Positions 53,194 to 64,000 of a stretch of 64,000 bases of DNA are shown here, in pieces (the first letter of the stretch is position 1; every line of letters starts with the position of its first letter). Under the pieces are notes generated by a model. The model saw only the letters and a program-made list of their open reading frames with translations, was not told the DNA's origin and made no database searches. The stretch is taken from positions 192,001-256,000 of the forward strand of contig CAWCVB010000002.1 in assembly GCA_963798915.1 (NCBI GenBank), in the 5' to 3' direction. The position numbers and the translations under genes were made by a program. The DNA comes from an uncultured Gemmatimonadales bacterium (lineage in GTDB: Bacteria; Gemmatimonadota; Gemmatimonadetes; Gemmatimonadales; GWC2-71-9).

Positions 53194-56157
53194 GGGGCGA
53201 GTCCTTTTTTCGGGGCACTGTCGGCGCCGACCTGCTCCGACACCACACGCCTGGCCTCGGCGATGATCGCCTGCTGCCCGGTCGTTGACGGGTCAACCGT
53301 GGCCAGGAAGCGGGAGAGCTGCAACACAGCGTCCGCGTGATTGCCGGCCTCCTCCAGTGCCATGCCGCGCTCGAATTGCACCAGCGGGCCGAGCGCGAAC
53401 CGGAGGCCCCAGGTCCTGGGCGTGTTGAACTGCGCGTCGATCCACATCAGGTACCGCTCGACCTCGGCGGGCTGCCCACGATTGCGAAGGGCACGGGCAA
53501 TCACGAAACGATTGACGATCTCCGCTGCGAGGAGATACTTCCCCTCTCGCATCATGGCATCGCTGATCGCGCGAACGGAGTCGGCCGCGCCCTCGGCGCC
53601 CTCCTTGACGAGCCACTCGGCCCGGAGGGATGCTGCTGCATGGGCCGCGACCGGACTGGATTCCTTGCGCAGGGCCCCCCGCGCGCGGTCGACGCCCGAC
53701 GCATCGGCGGTCACGACCGCCAGCAGTCCCTCGAGCCACTGCAGTTCAATTCGGTCGGTGGCCTGCTTGTCGACGTCTGGCATGGCCCGGGCCCGATCAA
53801 GAGCCTCAGCGGCCATGGCGGGATCGACCATCCCGAGCCAGGCTCCGACGGTCGCGAGGCGCGCGGTGCTGAGTCGGTCGCTGACCGAACCGCTGGAGGC
53901 CTCGTACTGGCGCAGTGCCGCCAACCCGCCGGTCCAGTCTCCCCGGGCGATGCGCAGCACTCCCTCGCCAAACCGTGAACTGGTCAGGACCTCTCCCTGG
54001 TAGCGTCCGTCGCGCTGGGCTTCCTCGACCAGCGCCAGTCGCTCGGGAATCCGCCCATCGATGAAGGTCAACAGGCCGCTGAGCACCGGCTGGCGGCCTC
54101 CGGCAGGCAGGTCGGCATAGGTTCGGACCGCCGCGTCACCCCAACCATCGGGCATCGGCTGGCCGGGCGTGACGAGCGAGCGGCTGATCGCGGCCGTGAT
54201 CGCCAGCAACTCTCCGAAGAACCCGTGTGAGGCAGCTCGCTCCCCGCTGGAAGGACTGCGCCGCCTCTGCCGACTTCCCGAGTGCTTCCTCCACAGCGCC
54301 CTCGTGCATCCAGACGTCGGCATTGTCCGGCGTGAGTCGGGCCAGCCGGGTGAGCACCGGGAGCGCCCCGGCCAGGTCGATCCCATAGACCGGGCCGGAG
54401 TGCACGATGCCGTCCACGCCGGACATCAGGATGGGCGGATAGTCGGGGTAGCGCCGGATCAGCTCCTGCCAGCGGGCCACCTGCTCGGGCAGCGGCCCGG
54501 TCTGCTGGGTCGCCTCCAGCCAGAGCCGCTCGCGGTCCGGCAACCGGCTGGCGAGTGCCAGCAGGCGGGCATGGGCAGCAGAGTCGGGTTCCTGGAGACT
54601 CCAGGTCCGCGCGGCATCGTAGCGCAGATAAGCCTGCACAAACGTTGAGTCGAGCTCGAACGCGCGGCGATACTCGGCCATCGCCGCGTCCACGTCGAGT
54701 TCCTGGAAGTGTCGCTCCCCGTCGAGGAAGTGCCTGAGCGCCGCAAACGATGAAGTGGTGAGACCGGTGAGGACTGGCGACGGGGGTGCCCCGCCACGCC
54801 ACACCTGCCGCAGGACCTGCCACGTGAGGGAGTCCGTGAGCGCTGAGATATCCTCCGCCGGTGCCAGGGTGCTGGCCCGGGCGATCGCGGTGTCGTCTCC
54901 GACTCGATAGAGCGCTACCGCCGCCCGCACCTGTCCCGATTCGTGAATCAACGTTCCCGTGAGGACACTGCCGGCGCCGAGACGTGTCGCGATCGCGCGT
55001 GCCCGGTCGAGAGGGAGCGGCGAGGGGGCATTCCGGGTATTGAGCAGCAGGGTCGGCGCATCGACGGTGTGCAATTCGCCGACGCCGTCGAGGGTGGTGC
55101 TGAGGGTCACCACGAGGTCCTGGCCGAGCCGCGCCAGCGAACTGTCGGAGATCGCCGAGAGCGGCATGACCGCGATCGCGGAAGCGTCGCCGCTGATGGA
55201 TGTCGCTGAGGTGTCCTTGCGCCCCAGGACCCACCAGGCGCCGGCGGCCAGGAGCGCCACCGCGGCGCCCGTGAAAGCGATCAGGCGCCCCCGACCACCG
55301 GCGCGGGATGCAGCCGGGCCGCTGGACGTTGTGGCGGTCTTGAGCCGCTCGGCGACCACGGCGGCGGAGGGCCGGGCGGTCGGATCCTTGGCGAGGCAGG
55401 CGGTCACCAGGTCGGCGAGGGCGCGCGGAGTGTCGTCCCGGATGCTGGCGATCGCCGGCGCGGGGGTGGTGACATGGGCGGCGACAACCTGCTGGAGGTT
55501 GCTGCCGGTGAACGGCGGCTGACCGGCCAGCATCTCGAACAGCACGCAGCCCAGGGCGTAGATGTCCGCCTTCCCGTCGATCACCGAGGACGCCGTCGCC
55601 TGTTCGGGGCTCATGTACGCCGGCGTGCCCACGGCAAACCCCGCCTGCGTCATGGTGGTGCCACCGGCCGCGGTCAGGGCGCGGGCCACGCCGAAGTCGG
55701 CGAGGACGGCGTGCCCTTCCTGGAGCAGGATGTTCTCCGGCTTGATGTCGCGATGCACCACGCCCTCGCGATGCGAATAGGCGAGGGCATCGGCGATCTC
55801 GAGGGCCAGCGTCGCGGCGCGGTCCGGGGCGAGCCGGCCCTCCCTGGCCAGCAGCTCCCGCAAGGTCTCGCCGCGGACGTATGGGGCCACGTAGTAGAGC
55901 ATGCCGCCGGCGCTGTCGGAGTCGATCAGCGGCAGGATGTGCGGATGCTGCAGCCTGGCAATCGTGGTGATCTCCCGGACGAACCGCTCGCCCCCGATCG
56001 CGGCGGAGAGCTCCTCGTGCATCACCTTGATGGCGACCTGGCGATCGTGCTTGAGATCGTGGGCGAGGTAGACCGTGGCCATGCCACCCTGGCCCAGCTC
56101 CCGCTCGATGCGGTAGCGGTCGGCGAGGGCCGCCGTGAGGCGTTCGGTGATGGTCAT
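53190..56157 (-). CDS. K4: Ser/Thr kinase-TM-TolB-like-long helical/TPR tail; apparent frameshift near 54240
   Basis: Kinase, TM, IAVMPL and TPR in ORF 54136-56157; helical repeats continue in ORF 53190-54386, whose stop overlaps the K5 start. Confidence 0.85.
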
Positions 56158-58529
56158 GGCGTGGTTCGCCCTCCATCCGGCAACGTGAACCGGGCCACCT
56201 CGAGATGGAACGTCCGGAGCACCGATGCGAACCGTGGGTCCGACCGAATCGGATCGAACGCCTGGTTCACCATGTTCAAGGCGAGCAGCATCTGCGGCTC
56301 CCGAACCGCGGCGTCCTCAAGGGCGTTCAATGCTCCCGGCACGTCTTCCAGTCCGAGCCTGGCGAAGGTCAGGCCCGTCGCACGGCCGGGCGTCTCGGTC
56401 GGCAGGGCCTCCAACTGGCGCAGGATGGCCGTGGCTTCCGCGCGCGCGCCGGCACGCGCCAAGGACCACGCCGCGATGCCTTGCCGCAGGGGAATGAGGT
56501 TGATCGACAGGCTGGCGCGCGCCTCGGCCGCGGCTTCGTCCGATGCCCCGGCAAGGTCGAGCACCCATTGGTTGGTGAAGTGGGGCACGACGCTCTCGGG
56601 ATCAAGCGCCATGGCCTGCTGCATCGTGGCGCGGGCTTCCTCCGCCCGGCCGAGGAGCGCCAGGGCCCAGCCCTGGTAGGACAGCTGGATCGTGTACAAC
56701 GGATCGAGGCGTGCCCCCTCCGCGAATTGCTCGACCGCGTCCCGGACGCGGCCGGTCTGCAGGAACAGGTCACCGAAGCGGAAATGTCCGTCCTCAACCT
56801 GCGGATCGAGGGCGAGGGCGCGCCGGAACTCGCGCTCGGCATCCGCCCATTCCGCCGCGCGCATCTGCGCGAAGCCGAGGGCGACGTGGCCGGAGGCCAT
56901 CGAGTCATCGAGGGCGACGGCCCGCATTGCGGCCGCCCGCGCCGACTGCTGGACCTCCTCGGGGCGCACCGCGACATAGAATGGCTGCACGAGCAGCACC
57001 GACGCGAGCAGCGCGTGGGCTGCGGCATACCCCGGGTCGCGCGCGATTGCCTCGCGCAGATAGCGCTCCGCGTCGCGCACGCCCTGATTCCGCCCGCGAT
57101 ACGCCTGCAGGCCCCGCAGGTACAGGTCGTAGGCCGCCAGGTTGGTGGTCCCGCCGCGTGCCCTCCCCGGTTCGTCCACGCCGCTCGCCAGACGGACCTG
57201 CAGGGCGGCGACGATCGCCCGGGTGATCTCGTCCTGCACGGCGAAGACGTCCTCCAGGGCTCGTTCGTAGGTGTCGTTCCAGATCACCCGGCCGTCGGTG
57301 GTGCTCGTCAGCTCGGCGGTGACCCGGATCCGGTTGCCGGCACGTCGCACCGATCCGTCGAGCACGGCGCCCACATTGAGCGCGGCGCCGATCTCGACGG
57401 CCGCGTCTCCGCGCTCCTTGACCCGAGCCGCTGATGCGTGGCCGGCCAGGCGGAGCCCCGGGATGCGCGTCAGCGCGCTGCCCAGCTCATCGGCGATGCC
57501 GGCCGCGAAGTAGGCGTTGGCCGTGTCGCCACCGACCGAGGTGAACGGCAGCACGGCGAGCGAGCGCTCCGCTTCCACGGGGGCCGGGCCGCCGTCTGCC
57601 GACCGACGGGACTGGACCGCGTAGCCGAGCGCCGCCACCAGCGCCACGGCCGCGCCGACCACGACGAATCGCCGCACCGGCGACACGCGAGGGGCGTCGT
57701 GGGTGCCCGCCGTGAGGGCCGCCGCAAAGGCGCCGCAGCTGGCGAATCGATCGGCGGGCGCCTTGGCCAGCGCGCGCTGCACGGCCGACTCCACCTCCGC
57801 CGGCACCGCCGGCCGCACCGCCCGAATGCTGCGCGGCACCTCCGTCATCAGTCGGGCGATGATCGCCTGGGTGCTGGCGCCAGTGTGTGGCGGCTCGCCC
57901 ACCAGCATCTCATACGCCACCGCCGCGAGCGCGAACTGATCGGAGCGGGCATCCACGAGCTCGGTGCCCGACGCCTGCTCCGGGCTCATGTAGCTCGGGG
58001 TACCGAGGGAGAGCCCGGTCTCGGTGATCCGCTCGCCACCCGCGTGGGCCACCGCCAGCGCGATGCCGAAGTCGGCGATCACCGGCTGGCCGGCCTGGAG
58101 CAGGATGTTCTCCGGCTTGAGGTCGCGATGAATCACCCCGCGGGCGTGGGCGAAGTCGAGCGCCCCCGCCAGCAGCCCGACCAGGCGAACGACCTCCTCC
58201 ACCGGGAGCTGCCGCTCCGCCTCGAGGCGGCTGCGCAGGGTCTCGCCCTCGACGAATGGCATCACGTAGTACAGCAGACCATCCGCCGCCCCCGAGTCGA
58301 ACAGGGGGAGCAGGTTGGGATGTTGCAGGGTCGCCATCACCCGGATCTCCGACAGGAACCGCTCGCCACCCAGCGCCACGGCGAGCTCGGGCTTGAGCAC
58401 CTTGATGGCGACCTGACGATCGTGCTTGAGATCGTGGGCGAGGTAGACCGTGGCCATGCCACCCTGGCCCAGCTCCCGCTCGATGCGGTAGCGCTCGGCG
58501 AGGGCGGCCCGAAGGCGCTCCAGCGTCAT
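56154..58529 (-). CDS. K3: Ser/Thr kinase-TM-TolB-like-TPR
   Basis: ATG 58529 overlaps the K2 stop; HRDLKPEN, DFG; LAVLPFT..YFAAGIADEL; AYDLYLRG; DPIRSDPRF. Confidence 0.93.
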   Translation of the reverse strand: MTLERLRAALAERYRIERELGQGGMATVYLAHDLKHDRQVAIKVLKPELAVALGGERFLSEIRVMATLQHPNLLPLFDSGAADGLLYYVMPFVEGETLRSRLEAERQLPVEEVVRLVGLLAGALDFAHARGVIHRDLKPENILLQAGQPVIADFGIALAVAHAGGERITETGLSLGTPSYMSPEQASGTELVDARSDQFALAAVAYEMLVGEPPHTGASTQAIIARLMTEVPRSIRAVRPAVPAEVESAVQRALAKAPADRFASCGAFAAALTAGTHDAPRVSPVRRFVVVGAAVALVAALGYAVQSRRSADGGPAPVEAERSLAVLPFTSVGGDTANAYFAAGIADELGSALTRIPGLRLAGHASAARVKERGDAAVEIGAALNVGAVLDGSVRRAGNRIRVTAELTSTTDGRVIWNDTYERALEDVFAVQDEITRAIVAALQVRLASGVDEPGRARGGTTNLAAYDLYLRGLQAYRGRNQGVRDAERYLREAIARDPGYAAAHALLASVLLVQPFYVAVRPEEVQQSARAAAMRAVALDDSMASGHVALGFAQMRAAEWADAEREFRRALALDPQVEDGHFRFGDLFLQTGRVRDAVEQFAEGARLDPLYTIQLSYQGWALALLGRAEEARATMQQAMALDPESVVPHFTNQWVLDLAGASDEAAAEARASLSINLIPLRQGIAAWSLARAGARAEATAILRQLEALPTETPGRATGLTFARLGLEDVPGALNALEDAAVREPQMLLALNMVNQAFDPIRSDPRFASVLRTFHLEVARFTLPDGGRTTP

Positions 58530-61173
58530 CGGGCCACTCCTCTTGCCTTCGCCACCGCGTGCTTCATCTGGTCGACCCAGCCGGGGATCACGCGCAGGTA
58601 GCCGGGATCGGGCTGCTCGGGGCTCTCCACATAGATCACCCCGCCGGCATGGTCGGGACGATTCGACCAGCCGGAGGTGTCCGAGAACCTGGGATCCCGG
58701 CCCCAGAGCGTGGCGGCCCCCTGTGGCTCGCCGGTGGCGGGGTTCACCCGCACCAGGTACCAGCTCGCGCCGAAGCGGTAGACCAGCTCGGTGTCGGAGA
58801 GCCAGATCGGTTCGACGCCAAGTGTCGCGACCTGCCAGCGCCGGCCGGTCTCGGGGAAGGTGGTGACGACGATGCGGCTCTCGTCCACGGTCTGATAGGT
58901 GATCAGGTGACCGCCCGGCGCGACGCTCGGGAAGCGCGCGCCGGTCAGGACGGTGTCGAAGACCGGTGCCTTCAGTCGCGGGTCGAAGGCCGCCACGACG
59001 CCCGAGCCCCAGTCGAGTGCGATGGCGAGGGAATCGGAGGGGTAGCCGATCGGGTCGAGGGAGCCTTCTCCCGGACCCCATGTGGCCAGGGTGTCGACGG
59101 GTTGTCCCGATCCCGGAGCCCCACGGAGCAGGCCCCAGATCGAATCGTGCCGGGCCCCGATCAGGAGCCGGTCACCATCGGGGTTCCACATGGCGTGCCG
59201 AATCGTCTCGGCGTGGAGCCACGTCGAGCGCTGCCCGTTCTGCAGGTCGTAGATCCGGAGCTCGTTGGCATCGCCTGCCGGGACCACGGCAGCGAGCCAG
59301 CGGCCGTCGCCGCTGAGGTCGTAGCGCTCGAAGTTGGCGGGGTCGATCGGCAACGGTTCGATACCCCGATCGGGGTGGAACCGGACAAGACGACCGATGG
59401 TCGCGTCGAGCCCCGGGGCGTAGACGAGCGTCCCATCCGCCGCGACGTCGTATTGCCCCTCGCCGAGCGCCTCGCGCCGGATCCCGGCGATCAGGCGGGT
59501 CGGCGCTCCCGCCAGGTGCCGCTTCGGGTCGTAGGTGGCCCCGACGAGGTTGCCGTCGGTGGCCAGCCAGAGAAGATAGCGCCCCTCGATGATCCGGAAG
59601 GCGCTGCCAGCCGCGGGCGTGCCGGGTGAGCCGTCGAGATTGGCGATGCGGAGGGTCGTGACGGTGTTCGATTCCGGTTCGATGGTCTGGGCGATGCCGT
59701 TGAACGAGCAGAGCAGCTCACGGGATTCGGTCACCCACACCCCGAAGACGCAGCGGTCGATGATCGTCGACCGGGTGGAACCGGTGCTCGGATCGAAGCG
59801 GTTGAAGCGATAGCCGTCGTTGTCGACGGCAACGAACTGGCTGGTGGCCGTCCAGTCGATCATAGCGCCACTGTTGGCCATCATCAGCAGGCGCGACTCC
59901 GAGCCATCGATCGGGATGGCCATCATCCGGTCGTCATTGAAGTACGCGACCTGCGTCCCATCGGGGGAGATCCGTGGCCCGGTGCCACCCTCGGTCCCCG
60001 GCAACTCGCGCACCTCGGCGGTCTCAAGGCTGCGGATCCAGAGCGACGTCGAATCGCCGCGGCTCGCGGCGTAGACGACAAAGTTGCCCGCAGGGTCCAC
60101 CGAGAGATTGCGCACCTGCGCGCCGTACGGCCCGATGCGGGAGCGGCTGCTGACGAGGTTCATCTTGGCGGTGTCGGGGAGACCAACATCGTAGACCGTC
60201 GGCCCGGACACCATGGGGCGTCGAAGCAGCGCCCAGGCGGCGACTGCCGCGAGCGCGAGCGTGGCGGCGCCGAGGATCATGCTGACGCGCCGATACGGTC
60301 CCGGCGCCGCTGCGGCCGCGGTGCGACGGGCAGTGGTCCGCATGCCGGTTGCCTGGCCTGCGAGGGCCGCGGCGAACTCCGCCGCGCTCGCGAAGCGGTC
60401 CACCGGCAGCTTGGCGAGTGCGGTGAGCACCGCATCCTCAACCGCCTCCGGGACGGTGTCGCGAGTGGCCGAGGGCGCCGTCGGCTTTTCAGTCATCACC
60501 TTGGCGACGATCGCCTGGGCCGACGCCCCGCTGAACGGCGGCTCGCCGGTGAGCATCTCGTAGAGCACGCAGCCGAGGGCGTAGACGTCGGTGCGGGCGT
60601 CGAGGTCGCGCTCGCCCATGGCCTGTTCGGGACTCATGTAGTAGGGCGTGCCGAGCGACATGCCGGTCTCGGTCATCCGGGTGCCCCCGGTGTTCGAGAC
60701 CGCGAGCGCGATGCCGAAATCGGTCACCAGCGCCTGGCCATCATGCAGCATGATGTTCTCGGGCTTGATGTCGCGATGGATCACGCCGTGGCGATGGGCA
60801 TAGTCGAGCGCACCGGCCACCTCCGCGGCCAGCCGCAGCGACTCGGCGATCGGCAGCTGTTTCTCGCGGCTGAGCCGGTCGCGCAGCGACTCGCCTTCCA
60901 CGAACGGCATCACGTAGTAGGCGGTCCCGTCGACATCCCCCGAGTCGATGAGCCCGAGGATGTGCGGGTGCTGCAGATTGGCGATGGTCTTGATCTCGCG
61001 CAGGAACCGCTCGGCGCCGATCACCGCCGAGAGCTCGGGGCGCAGCACCTTGATGGCCACGTCCCGGTCATGGCGGAGGTCACGGGCCAGGTACACCGTG
61101 GCCATCCCGCCCTGGCCCAGCTCCCGCTCGATGCGGTAGCGATCGGCCAACGCCGACTTCAATCCCTCCACGC

Positions 61174-61177
<4 letters not shown>
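58526..61177 (-). CDS. K2: Ser/Thr kinase-TM-beta-propeller
   Basis: Intact kinase motifs, TM, divergent propeller blades; ATGA overlaps on both sides. Confidence 0.95.
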
Positions 61178-63830
<2,653 letters not shown>

Positions 63831-63834
<4 letters not shown>

Positions 63835-64000
63835 CGGGGATTCACCGGACCCAGGTACTTGTCAAGCCAGGCGAGCGTCTCGCCGATGAGGCGTGGGCGT
63901 GGTACATCGTGACCCCCCTCGTACACCACCCACTTCTTGTCGGCGGGTGCAGTACCCAGTCGCTCGTAGAAGGGACGCTGCGCAGTCTCCGTCGGGAAGA
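63831..64000 (-). CDS. 3' end of a protein with an alpha/beta-hydrolase-like C-terminus (5' part outside the window)
   Basis: Hand translation FPTETAQRPFYERLGTAPADKKWVVYEGGHDVPRPRLIGETLAWLDKYLGPVNPR*; GGH catalytic-His-like motif; ATGA overlap with K1. Confidence 0.7.

Noticed and set aside
53190..54386. Independent TPR gene between K4 and K5
   Set aside because: Its N-terminus overlaps K4 out of frame and is not protein-like until ~54240; better read as the frameshifted tail of K4.

Overview
High-GC bacterial DNA; gene content and heptamer repeats suggest Gemmatimonadota (inference). Left part (1-18.7 kb): ECF sigma factor (TIGR02999/ECF43-like) coupled to a Ser/Thr kinase-TPR protein, CDP-alcohol phosphatidyltransferase, Ca2+/H+ antiporter, glutamate dehydrogenase, CheB-CheR hybrid histidine kinase, a kinase-TolB-like-TPR protein, HYR/PxKF lipoprotein, Tat-exported amidase and a PP2C phosphatase. 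The remaining ~45 kb (18721-63834, minus strand) is a head-to-tail array of 17 Hanks-type Ser/Thr kinases (K1 at 63834 to K17 at 21480, in transcription order) that probably continues past the window edge. The N-terminal kinase module is conserved and mosaic; the C-terminal module is highly divergent (13 PD40/TolB-type beta-propellers, 4 TolB-like+TPR). Most genes are joined by ATGA/GTGA overlaps, four gaps hold mini-ORFs (some resembling kinase starts), and a single PP2C closes the array. This looks like a recombining constant-kinase/variable-sensor receptor repertoire. Seven apparent frameshifts are probably sequencing errors. No rRNA, tRNA, CRISPR, transposase or integrase was recognised.
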